Shown here in pieces: positions 12,946 to 24,219 of a stretch of DNA of 42,998 bases. The first letter of the stretch is position 1; each line of letters begins with the position of its first letter. Origin of the DNA: Catajapyx aquilonaris (lineage: Eukaryota); contig KZ538878.1 of assembly GCA_000934665.2 (NCBI GenBank), forward strand, positions 1-42,998. Direction: 5' to 3'. Under the pieces are notes generated by a model, which searched no databases, was not told where the DNA came from, and was given only the letters and a program-made list of their open reading frames with translations. Both the position numbers and the translations under genes were made by a program.

Positions 12946-14813
12946 TTAATTCACAGCATACGAAACGGCAGTCTCGACACGATGCAGCGAAGTCGAGAAC
13001 GATCGGAACTTGACCTCTTGAGAATTCGCAATGAAGCAAGGCTCGTTTTCGCTCCATGCGTCAGGAAGCTCCAGATCTTTGTCCGTGTAAATGTGAAGGT
13101 CAAAGGAACCTAAATGAGAGTTTACATGATTAGTCGCTGCGTACATTAATTCTAATTAGGTTGGCAAATGAGGCGTTATTCTTACATGGGCAGTCCAGAA
13201 GCGGCAGGAAAGTAACACTGGCCGTAATCTGTCGAATTACATCTTGAATCTCCTTCTGGATCTCCTTTATGTCCTTCTTCCCTTTGCCCTCGCCTTCCCT
13301 GCGGAATATGTAAAGAACGTAATTACCTTGATTCCTCGAGAAAGGACGGCCGCATTACGTACTTTCCGTCTTCATCGCCCTCGCAGAAGATGTTGAAGTC
13401 CCACCGCTCCAGGTTCTCCCTGGTGTCCACGCTGCTTATGATCAGAGAAAGTTTCCTCACTTTCTTCATCATCAGCCAATCTGCAAAAGGTCGCAAGGAT
13501 AATTAGATAGGCTAGAAAAAGAAAAAAAAACAGTCAACATACCCTTGATCTGCTCAAGAACGCTTTTGAGAAAATCTTTGACCAAATTGTCAGTGCTGAT
13601 GAGAAGGGTCAGGCCGTACTTCTGAACCCTTGTGAACGATTCCGGTGGGTATATTCCTCTCTGGTACAGGATGCTGTTGATCCCATAGTCTGCAAGAGAA
13701 ACAACTCGCATTTGGTAAATGTTCCAGCATACAACGCCATCCCGCTACTTTTGGCCAGTCCCTTGAAGAGAGTTATATCGAGGTTTTACTGTACACCCTG
13801 CCACAAACGAAGGATAAATCACTTGTCAAGTCCGTTGTACAGTAAGGCGCCCAAGTCTGTTGTACGTCCAAATGATATACCCCTTGGCCACAATGCACAG
13901 CGAAAAGCTGCAATATGCTTATTGTTTTCAAATTGTTCACAAATTTTTTCTTCTTGCGACGGTAACTTTGAAACCAACGTTAATGCGAAACGGCGTAAAA
14001 CGAGGCGGAATAAAATGAGCACTTCCTATATTAACACTGTAAACATTCAAGATGTCGTAAGAGTGTTGCCCCTTGTCCGGGAGGGGACTTAATCCCCGTT
14101 TACATGTGAGCGAAGCCATCGCCTAGTGACATAACCAATATCCGCTCGCATGTAAACGCACCTTGAACCTCAACAAATCATGATATTAAATTACCTCTAT
14201 CGTGATTACAGTCTTATTGTGACGCAGTGTCCGACATTCCATGTTACACAAGATGGATATTTCCTTAGGATTTAATAATATAATAATATAATATCACATC
14301 TTACCCCGTTATCAGCCTTTTTTGACTCTTTAGGAGGGATTTTTGTTTTGTCTGGAACTCTTGCGTACATTTTTACTTTGCTTTTTTTTTGATAGGATAG
14401 GGAAGGAAGGAGGCGGCTGTGGCCTATTAATTTAGGAAACAACTCCGGAATTCTCCTGGAGGGACCGTGGGAAACAACAGAAAACCACGGTTAGAGTTGC
14501 CGGCCCCGGGGCTCGAACCCAGGACCTCCTGATTAGCAGTCGGACCCTATAGCCACTCCACCAAACTGCTTCGGTATTTCCTTAGGATTTCCAATATGGA
14601 CTTTTTCTCTTAGAATTTCCTTATAGGATTTCCAATATGGACTTTTTCTCTTAGAATTTTCCTTAGTATTTCCAAATGGTTTACCAATGGTACTTATTGT
14701 ACACAATGGTTTTTATATTATTACAAAATATACTGACCAAAGAACTCGCAGATGATCTGTGCTGATCCTTTGAGAGTGACGGCGCTCTTCTGGATGTTCT
14801 CCGTTCCAGACAT
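12946..14813 (-). CDS. MAD2: Mitotic spindle assembly checkpoint protein MAD2 (HORMA domain), 5 exons, 205 aa
   Basis: Exons 14813-14738, 13689-13543, 13480-13363, 13298-13186, 13109-12946 (618 nt). Motifs TLKGSAQIICEFF, GINSILYQRGIYPPESF, LERWDF, IRQITASVTFLPLL, FRSFSTSLH. Confidence 0.96.
14091..14164. mobile_element. Short MITE of a family with CGTTTACATG-GAGCG termini (related copies near 20961-21052 and 27392-27597)
   Basis: CGTTTACATGTGAGCG / CGCTCGCATGTAAACG inverted pair with TTA/TGA-like flanks; possibly PIF/Harbinger-derived. Confidence 0.55.
14274..14575 (-). mobile_element. tRNA-derived SINE in MAD2 intron 1
   Basis: Minus-strand head with A box TGGTGGAGTGG and B box GGTTCGAGCCC, TAT-repeat tail, and a 15-bp direct repeat ATTTCCTTAGGATTT at 14259-14273 and 14576-14590. 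Confidence 0.85.
14576..14675. repeat. ~40-bp tandem repeat, about 2.5 copies
   Basis: ATTTCCTT(AT)AGGATTTCCAATATGGACTTTTTCTCTTAGA repeated. Confidence 0.8.
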
Positions 14814-14966
14814 TCTCTTCTTCTTCTTCTTCTTCTTCGGTTCCAAAAAGTTCGATTCGAACAGACAGAGAGAGAGAGAGAGAGAACAGCAGCCTCCGCA
14901 ACGGTCCTTCTTTTTGTTGCCGTTCGATTGAAAATAATTGTCAGATTTTGTTTTGTTTTTTTTGTT

Positions 14967-15101
14967 TTTGAAAGTTAGTTTCGGATACGCCCGACAGGGA
15001 AGAGTTCACACACGACAGTCTCATCCACTGCGGACCAATAGGAACAAAGGAACAGACTGTCATCAACCAATAGGCACTCTGACCGTGAATGTGCGCATGC
15101 G
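14967..15101 (-). promoter_or_regulatory. Putative MAD2 promoter: tandem CCAAT boxes, NRF1-like site, CHR-like hexamer
   Basis: ACCAATAGG at CCAAT 15035 and 15067 (32-bp spacing), TGCGCATGCG at 15092-15101, TTTGAA at 14967-14972; 150-290 bp upstream of the ATG. Confidence 0.55.
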
Positions 15102-16106
15102 TCGTAACCTGCAGCTTGAACGTGCAAACTATTAACGGCGGACTGTGACCAGCTGGCAACACTGCATCAGCACACAATTATGAATAAAATTTAATTACAG
15201 TTGAAGAAAATGTGATGATGATGATGATCCTGATGATGATGATGATGACAGTTGAAGGCCCCACAGCTTCAAAGAGTTACGTTGGCACTCCTGATTGCAT
15301 TGCCAACAGCCCGGCAGCACGTGACAATCAGTGATGCCAACTGAATTAGAAGCATGATACTTCGAGTATTTATAAAAAGTAATTTTTATTCAAGTAAAAC
15401 AGGTACAAGTGGGGCATACAGGCGCAAACAGTACAAGCGTAAACGCAAGTACAAGAAAGTTTCCAGTACATTCTAAGTACCCAATAAGTCCAAAAGTACA
15501 ATAAAGTACCGGTGTACAATAATAAGTCATGCGCAAGTGTACTGTGGAATGTTGCTCGTCCATTTGACATATATTACAGCACAGTAATTCAAGTGCAAGT
15601 ACACAACATATGTACATACAATATAAGTATAAAAAAAGAAAGGAAAGTAAAGCGCGTACAATATAGCGATTGGACTTGTGCACCTCGTATTGTACTTCCA
15701 AGCAATAAGGTGCAAATGGTTACCATGGAACTGCGCATATGCCACTTGTTGGACAGCTACAAGCGCAGCACCGTAATAACCATTAGAAATGTACGAACGG
15801 GGGGGACGCCCACAATTTAATGTATATAAAAGTATAACAAAGTAATTCGCAACTAAAGTCGGGGCAACCTGATCGCTGAGCGGTCCGACTCAATAAAAGA
15901 GAACAATATATGCGGTGGACAAACATTGCTGAGAACATACTTTTTCTCTATTATAAAAACCGATATAAACTCAACAGAGAAAAGTACTTAAATTAAATGA
16001 CTCTTCAGTAACATTTGTCCACTTTCCCTGGTGATATATTTCCACTAAGTCGGCCTGCCCAGCGATTAGGTTATTGTGCCCCCGACTGTAGTACGGATGG
16101 TTTTTT

Positions 16107-17487
16107 TTACCAGGCGGGAGCTTCCCGTTCGTACATGAGAATGAGGTTTGGGCGCATGCCGGTCAGCCGCTCCTGGTCGACCTGGGTGAGAAAGAGGCCG
16201 ATCACGCTGAAGAGACGCAGCTCCAGCAGCCGCTTGCAGGCCGTGACCAGGGTGAAGATGCTGTCGCGTGAGGCGCGGGTGCAGGACAGGTCTAGGTACA
16301 GCAGGGACGGACAGTGGTCAGCGATGGCCTTGACGCAACGGGACTCCAGGTTGCGGGCGCCCATCAGGTCCAGCCGCTCCAGGCGCCGGGCGATCGGCTC
16401 GCCTGTTATGAACTTGATGAAGGAGTCGACCGTCAGCCGGATCATCCATCGCATGGCAAGGCAATCCAGTGTGGGCGCTGCGTTAATCCCAGTCAGCAAG
16501 CGCAAGTCGTTCGCTTTATTGCATCGCACCAGCAACCTCGTGTACTCCTGGTACTGCCCCCAGCCCAACAGGTGAACCCGCCTCGGCTGCCCGAAATCCC
16601 CCATGCAGTACGTACGCCTGTCCTCGTCAGTCAAGTACTGCAGAGTCACCTCCTTCAGACTTGTGCAGCTCTGGAGCGATGAGGGCGTGACGGGCCTTAC
16701 CTGGCTCTCCAGATGAAGGCTGATGGTCCTGAGCTTGGAGCAGACGGAGAAGATGTCCAGCGGGTGCCTGCATGTCCGTGGAAGTAACTGGATCTCCATT
16801 TTGAGCGACTTCAGGTTGCTGCAGTGGCGCGCAATCATGTCAAGGGTACGCTGGTACAGGGTGGTGATCGACCCAAGTTCCAGCACCTCCAGTTGGCTAC
16901 AGGTTTTGGCAACGGCAATCAGAACTTGGTCCGCACCTGCTGTCCACTTCGACATCTCCAGGCGCCTCAGCATGGGCATACCGGACACCATCACCACAGC
17001 CACATGAGCCGACATCTCTGTGCCATCAAGTTTCACCACCTTCCAGAGAGTGCAGTCACTGGCAAGCTTGCGCCATTCCTTGCACACAAACGGGAGGATG
17101 GACAGCTTATCTTTTTGGGACAGGTAGTCCAATACCTTCAGCTTCAGTTCGACTGGTAGCGAGGCCCAACACGGCACGGAGACTGCAACCTGAATCGAAC
17201 CGGATTAGCTTAAGAAGTGGACATGTACGGATGCGACTTGCCTCTCCGCTGGAGGTAGAATCTGACTGTCCGCTGGATGTAGAATCCGACAGTCCGCTGG
17301 AGGTAGAATCCATCTGTCCGCTGGATGTAGAATCCAACTGTCCACTGGAGGTAGAATCCAACAGTCCGCTGGAGTTAGAATCATCCGAATCTGTCCAGGC
17401 ATCAGAAATGTCATCATCGTCACACAATCCGGGTAAGTCAACGACAGGAGACGACAACTTCAGTTTCTTTGAAGGCACCTCCATCAT
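16107..17487 (-). CDS. F-box/leucine-rich-repeat protein (FBXL-like) with Ser/Asp-rich repetitive N-terminus, ~442 aa
   Basis: Exon 17487-17242 joins exon 17189-16107 in phase 0 across a 52-nt GC-AG intron. F-box motif WASLPVELKLKVLDYL...VCKEWRKLA..TLWKVV is followed by LRR-like units (CSQLEVLEL, CSNLKSLKM, CPSLLYLDLS, CKRLLELRL). Confidence 0.85.
17190..17241 (-). other. Non-canonical GC-AG intron, 52 nt
   Basis: Donor GAG|GCAAGT, branch-like GCTAAT, acceptor TTCAG|; removal fuses the two overlapping ORFs in frame. Confidence 0.75.
17242..17382 (-). repeat. Coding 24-bp tandem repeat, 6 units of DS(T/N)SSGxx
   Basis: DSNSSGLL DSTSSGQL DSTSSGQM DSTSSGLS DSTSSGQS DSTSSGE. Confidence 0.9.
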
Positions 17488-18507
17488 TTACGAAAGAATC
17501 TGAGAACATGATCTAGTTATTGCAACATATATAAATAATGTGTACGATCCACTTACATTAACTCTTTGCTCGTATCCTGTAATGGACAAGTGGTTTTGAC
17601 GAGCTAATTTTTTTTTTTGCTTTCGTTTTAGTGACAGCAAATATGTTGACAATTTAATGTATATGTCAAATCTATGACAACATAACATAACATTAAAGTG
17701 ATGTTTAGATTACACACACCAACATGTTGCATAATACCCATACATGTTGGTATGAATTTATCTGTAGCAATGCTGAATTAAAGTACAGTACATATTTATG
17801 TTGTGCTTGCTGACCCAAGATAATTATGTGAATTAAAAGTTTGATACAAAAATTACCACTGTTGCATGTCATCTCATGAAAACAAAATTTGAGCAAGCAA
17901 AAAGGATATTCTCTAACAACCGTGAACAGTGTTTATGTAATACTCGCAATTACGACCAGTAATAAAATTAAATATGAGCGAAATGTACCATAATTTTAGT
18001 AAAAATAAATATGTTGCAATACAAAATTATGACGTTAATATTTTCTTCAATTGATTTTTTTTTTTAATTATGCTTTTTTGTGTAATGCTGGCAATCGTTT
18101 GATCACCATATTAAATTCACCTTTTGCAATACCCGGTCGATCAATTGCTTTCACTCGACGCTGCATGTATTCATTAGTGCACTTGCATACTTTAAAAATG
18201 TACAGAACCAATCACTGCCTTGATTTAAAAAAAATTAAACCAAATTCAGAAAAACATAATTCAAACAGACCGCAAAAAAATGGGCCGCGTCCGAAAGTGC
18301 AGCTTTCCCAACACGTGACGTCACACTGGGCGCATCCGATTGCCATTCGATTTTCATTAAAATAGTGCTTATGAAGTTTACAACGGCCAATAAATTTTCA
18401 TTAATTAATTCAATGCAAATTTAATTTTAAAGCTATTGTTTATTAAAAATGATAATTATAACGCATCTGACACACTGTTCGTTAAAAAAAAAGAACTCTG
18501 CAATTTC

Positions 18508-18519
18508 CAAGATGGCGGC
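18508..18519 (+). promoter_or_regulatory. YY1/Pho-type motif near the METTL14 5' end
   Basis: CAAGATGGCGGC, a full match to the YY1 consensus, ~120-130 bp upstream of the ATG in AT-rich context. Confidence 0.55.
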
Positions 18520-18638
18520 GTCCTGTTGACTTTCAATTTTTTAATTAAATCGGCCTGTCCTTCTGGCCAGTAATTAAAAAAGTAATTAAACCGCCATTTA
18601 ATTAGGGGTACTCAGCAAATAATATACTTTTGCTAATC

Positions 18639-18951
18639 ATGAGCGAACTGCTGAAGGAGATCAGGGAACGCTCGCAGAAGCGGAAACTCCTTGTGGCTCA
18701 AACGGTAAGAATTAAATTATATTTAATTAGCAATAATTGGCTCTAATATTAATTAAAGATGCAAGGCAATTAACCTAACCACATGAGCATGTAACTATCA
18801 TTGAGCTATACTTTATGGTAATGACCTTGTAGTGTTTACATATTAGTGAATGTCCGCCTGTCATATTATGTTAAGTTTCTGTACATTTTTTTGCATTAAC
18901 TGCAGTTAAAGTTAATCCAACTTGATGCAACAGGCTGTGCACTAGAAGATG

Positions 18952-19016
<65 letters not shown>

Positions 19017-20784
19017 TTATTTGCAACCTCCCACAAGGCATATTACATCATAAGGGGGGGAGGGGTTGTATGTAGTAATAATAATAATAATTGTTTATTA
19101 TTATTACTACTACATACATACTAGGCAACATTTGCGAAAAGGCCATGATTGTATGTATTAATTACTATGTAATAATTATTAATAATAATCTGGTGTTTCC
19201 ATAGCTTGGTCTCGAGAGTGTCGAGCAACTGAAGGTGGCGATGGGAGCGAGAGATGCGGCTCCTCCGTCCGCACCAGTCCAGTTGTCCAGCCAGAGTAGT
19301 GCAGCCGCATCTCAGAAGCGGCCAAGGGAAGAAGACCCACCGCCGGCCGCCACCAACACACCTCCTACAACAGAGGCATTGCCGCAAAACGAGGACAACC
19401 CGGACGAAGAGGACACCGAAATGGTCTACACGGACTCATCCACCTTTCTGAAGGTATATCCTTTGCTTATTTTGATAAAAGCAAGTACTGATTCCGACTT
19501 GTACGCAGGGTACGCAATCGTCGAACCCACACAACGACTACTGCCAGCATTTCGTGGACACAGGCCAGCGTCCGCAGAACTTCATCCGGGACGTGGGCTT
19601 GGCAGACAGGTTTGAGGAGTATCCGAAGCTACGAGAGCTGATTCGGCTGAAGGACGACCTGATCCAGAAGACCGCGACGCCTCCCATGTACCTGAAGTGC
19701 GACCTCAGGTCATTCGACTTCAAGGAGATGAGGACAAAGTTCGACGTTATACTAGTCGAGCCGCCTTTAGAGGAATACCAGAGGAGCATGGGGGTCACCA
19801 ACGTCGACTTCTGGTCATGGGAACAGGTTCGTCCGCTAATAGTTCAGATGTTGTCTACAAGTTGAATCTAGTCAACACAAGGACAAAGTCACGCCTAGCC
19901 AACTCTATGATTTGTAGGGACAAAGTCACGCCAAGCCAATTCTACCTATGATAAAATTTGTTGTCATGTCCGTGGCACAAAAAACAATGATTGTTGTTCA
20001 TTCCCGCCACAATTATTTCATGAACGTGTGCGATTCCAGATAATGCAGCTGGACATTGCGGAAGTGGCTGCCCCCCGCAGCTTCCTTTTCCTGTGGTGCG
20101 GCTCGTCTGATGGGCTTGACCTGGGTCGCCAGTGCCTCCGGAAGTGGGGGTTCAGAAGATGCGAGGACATCTGCTGGATCCGCACCAATATCCGGAACCC
20201 GACGCACTCCAAGAATCTGGAGCCAAGAGCCGTGTTCCAGCGCACAAAAGAGCACTGCCTGATGGGGATTAAGGGAACAGTCCGACGATCCACCGACGGG
20301 GACTTCATACACGCAAACGTGGACATTGATCTCATAATCTCGGAGGATCCTGACTACGGATCGCTCGACAAACCCGTCGAGATATTCCACATCATCGAGC
20401 ACTTCTGCCTGGGACGAAGGAGGTATCGTTGAATTTGGAATTCCATATGCTTCAGTTGCCCTCACGTTCCTTTTCTCCAGACTCCATGTGTTTGGGCGTG
20501 ACAGTACGATCCGCCCTGGTTGGCTGACCATCGGCCCTGCGCTGACCAACTCCAACTTCAAGGTGGAGTCGTATGCTGCCAATTTCACTGGAGGCACGCA
20601 GCTGACCACAGGCTGCACGGAGCGGATCGAGGCTCTCCGGCCAAAGTCTCCCCCGCCCAAAGGAAAAGGTGGTGGCGGACGAGGCGGCGGAGGACGAGGT
20701 GGTGGTGGCGGAGCAGGCGGAGGTGGCGGCGGAGGGGCTTCCAGGGGTGGCTTCGCTAGGGGACGAGGCGGAAGAGGACGCTAA
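18639..20784 (+). CDS. METTL14: m6A methyltransferase non-catalytic subunit METTL14, 5 exons, ~439 aa
   Basis: Exons 18639-18704, 19205-19453, 19509-19826, 20040-20422, 20481-20784 (1320 nt). Motifs [40 protein letters not shown], pseudo-catalytic [33 protein letters not shown]-terminal RGG tail. Confidence 0.97.
18952..19016. repeat. (AAT)n microsatellite in METTL14 intron 1
   Basis: About 21 perfect AAT units. Confidence 0.95.
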
Positions 20785-22446
20785 ATTTTTTATACAAATG
20801 TTGAAATTAAAATTCAACAAATGCATGTTGTCAAAATAATTAGCAAATTTGTACGACTTGTAACGTTTATAAGACGCTTAGTTGTGTATCGTATTGAATT
20901 TACGTTGCATTTAATGGTAATTGTCGTAAGTATTGTATGACGCTGAAAGTAAACGCTCTCGGCCGTGTTTACACATTAAGCGATTTAATCAGCGATTGTT
21001 TGGGGCGAAATTGCGTTTCATTGCTGATCATATCGAGATGTAAAAGCGGCTTTAGAGCAAAGAAGATATGTTGAAAATAAAACTTAATTTTTGTCAGCAT
21101 TGCTAACAATGTATGCACTTTTTTCACTGTTTTTTTTTCATCCCTTATTACATATATTTAGAAAAAAAATCTGATGGGGTAACAAACAGTAGCAGGTACA
21201 GATTTACGGTACTTTTTTTTTCTTCTTCTCATCCTACAATAATTCCTACATAGAAAAAAAAAATGTACATCACATTTTTTATTTATACAACACTGCTTAG
21301 ATGTGAAAACGAATTAATTTAATTCACATGCAGTCACATCATGCAATCGAGTTTGTCTAACTAAAAAAAAAAAAAGACGTTCAAAATTCGCACCAAATTT
21401 TTTTGTGTGTGGAAAAGTCATGCAATTGCAAATGTTGCCTTGTTGAAATAATCGAATCATGCAATAATGTTATTTGCACAACATAACATGGATTCAGATA
21501 ATCAAATTGATTGTCTAGTATTATTTAATTAAAAACAAAAAAAAACAGACGATTGTACAAGCCAATGATTGTTTTAACTCGGAACAAAAGTTAAAAAAAA
21601 AAAAAACTACTGGCAGAGATAAACACTTGAAAAAAAAAAACAATTACTGAGACCATTTTAAAAAATACTGACGTGGCGCAAAAAATATATAACAATGCCC
21701 CTCACTACTTCCAAAATAGTTNGGACGGGGGGGGAACACTCACAACCTTGGACATCACTCACGTAACCACCAAAAAAAAATGTGAACAAAAATAATTTTC
21801 AAAATCCTTCAGCGGAGATCACTGGGTACACACTCGTTACGAAATATTAAATGCCACTATTTTCTCGTAAAAATGTTTTTGATAATGAAAAAAAATGGTC
21901 CAAAATCTCACCAAATTAATGATTGTAATAGGGGGTTAAACACCAACCATTTTTCATCATCCGTTGCGGATTATCCCAGCATATTTTTTTTGTGGAAAAA
22001 TAATTTTTTATTTTTGGATGGCAGGAGGGCAGAGCAGGCCAAGCATCGCAGGCAGGCAAATTTTTTTTGCAAATATATTTTTTTTGCAGGCAGTTGGAAA
22101 GGTTTTTTTTTTTTGCAGGTCACAATTTTTCTTTTTTTAAATGCGGAGGGAGGGAAGAGAAGAGGTCAACAGCCCAGGCTCACAAATAGGTGGACTCGCC
22201 TGCAAACAAACAAAAAATGGGAGGGAGAGCCGCATGTTAGTTTTTTCATTCAAAAAATTGTGCATCGGGAAAAAAAAAATGTTACCCAAAAAATATAAGC
22301 AAAAACATAGTAGGAAAGCAACATAAAAAAGAGAATATCATGCATCGCTTAAAAGCCTTGTTCTCGTAATGTTACGCTCAAATTGTCATTTTTAAAAAAA
22401 TTATTTTTCGAGTCGTCACGTTTGCGACAACAAGACTTCATGTTGA

Positions 22447-23216
22447 TGTACAAAGAGCCAATGATGTAATCACCCGCAGCGTTTCTTCGACAGTACGAAA
22501 TATGTAAAACCACATTTCGAGATGTGACGTAATTGTCCTAATTGCAACCAGGGAGCATATACTACATAAGAGGGGCAAACATTCGATTTCCTCGTCTCTC
22601 TGTTTGGGGGCGTTGCCAACGCTGGCGGCCATCTTGAAGTGTGGGGAACGCCAACGAGGTATAAATAGGGTACAGGCAAAAAATACGGTCGGCCATCTTT
22701 GATTCGCGCGTGTTCTTGCCATGGCCGCCAAAACCATCAAAGATGGCGGACACTATTTTTGCCTGTACCCTATTTATACCTCCTTGGCGTTCCCCACACT
22801 TCAACATGGCCGCCAGCCAACGGCCCCAAACAGAGAGACGCGACCATCAATGGCGCCGACAGAAGTTTGCCCCTCTTATGTTGCTCCCTGACGCTGCTAC
22901 TTATGAACATAAATCATTGTAGGTCATAAGTGGTTTTTAAAACAGATCATCGCTGTAAAGGTACGCTTCATTTTAAAGGCATATAAAATACGTGGTACCT
23001 GTAAAAATGAAGCCGGTTATTTACGCCTCCTGAAAAGTCAACATTTCACCACATCGCATATGTTGTACGGAGACGATCTGATTTAGAAAAAATATATGTG
23101 CCCTGCGTCACAAATAGCTTCAGCGATTAGGACAATTACGTCACATCAAAAAGTAGCACTGTGCGTTCTCATGATATCATCGCTGCAATTATATTCGTAG
23201 GTTGGATCTTTGTACA
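22447..23216. mobile_element. Older inverted-repeat element hosting MITE A copy 2
   Basis: GATGTGACGTAATTGTCCTAAT (22521-22542) / ATTAGGACAATTACGTCACATC (23126-23147), plus the outer pair TGTACAAAGAGCCAA / TTGGATCTTTGTACA. Confidence 0.55.
22549..22890. mobile_element. MITE family A, copy 2
   Basis: Termini CAGGGAGCA...TGCTCCCTG; highly similar to 590-961. Confidence 0.85.
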
Positions 23217-24013
23217 TACGTTATTTCGTTAAAAGATAGCTTTTGACAAAAGAGTCGTGTTCACATTAATAAAGTGAGGCAGAAACAACCACGCACACAG
23301 ACACGCACACATACGCAAAATTTGTTCAAGACAACAGCAGGCAAAGCGAACATTACACACAATTAATTTAAAAAAAAAGCACCGACCACACCCACCTTAT
23401 GCACATGATTGTTGTAATAAACAACACTCTCGATCAGGGAGTTTAAAAAATAAATAAAAATAAAGGTGGATTCACACAATAAAAATTCCAAAATGTCATG
23501 GGCATTGAAACTACAAATTTTTTACTTCACATTTTTTTGTTTTTTTTTGGATCTGTTTTCTTTTTCTTTTTTCTTTTTTTTTTCAAATATTCATCTGGAC
23601 AATGTCAACCTTCAGACTCTTTAGTTGTTGTTTTATACCACATTGAAAAAAAAAAAAACAACCACAATGCACTTGGACAGACTTATGCAACTACCTTGGA
23701 TCATCATCAAATACAATTGGGCATTTGAAAATAATTAAAAAAGGAAACAATTTCATCTTAAAAAGAAAAAAACACTTTTTTTTGCAAACTCGCAAAAATA
23801 ATAATCAGCAATGATCAACAATTATGTTTTGAGCTCACGTCACTTTTTTTTCGGTTGCAAAATAGGCTTCTTTTTTTATTATTATTTAAAGGACAGTATG
23901 ACTTTAGCTCAAAAAGTCTTCTTTGTAATTCGATTTTATTAAGTGGCACAAAAAAATGACAAATATTGTACAATAAGATAACAATTGGAGTTTCCCAGAT
24001 TAAAAACGGTATA

Positions 24014-24219
24014 CAGGGTGGTCCAAGTTCAAGTGTCGCTTTATAACGTCGATTAATAGAAGCGCTTAACGATCACGTAGCAGCGACACGTAAAATGTCC
24101 CACTTCGGCGCATCTTCGGCGCAATCGAAGTGGGCAATTTTACACGTCGCTGCTACGTGATCGTTAAGCGCTTCTATTAATCGCCGTTATAAAACGACAC
24201 TTGAACTTGGACCACCCTG
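24014..24219. mobile_element. Tc1/mariner-type hairpin MITE with TA target duplication
   Basis: TA|CAGGGTGGTCCAAGTTCAAGTGTCG...CGACACTTGAACTTGGACCACCCTG|TA; ~95-bp near-perfect arms. Confidence 0.9.

Noticed and set aside
13299..13362. Alternative MAD2 donor CAAG|GTAATT at 13326
   Set aside because: In frame, but it would leave a 28-nt intron, too short to splice; the 13362 donor gives a 205-aa protein.
17242..17382. CRISPR-like array
   Set aside because: Contiguous in-frame coding repeats without unique spacers, in a eukaryotic gene.
19758..19769. EPPL instead of catalytic DPPW in the methyltransferase
   Set aside because: Normal for METTL14, the non-catalytic subunit.
20013..20660. 215-aa antisense ORF over METTL14 (likewise 16015-16575 and 10670-11203 over other genes)
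   Set aside because: Shadow ORFs of GC-rich coding exons with no recognisable motifs.
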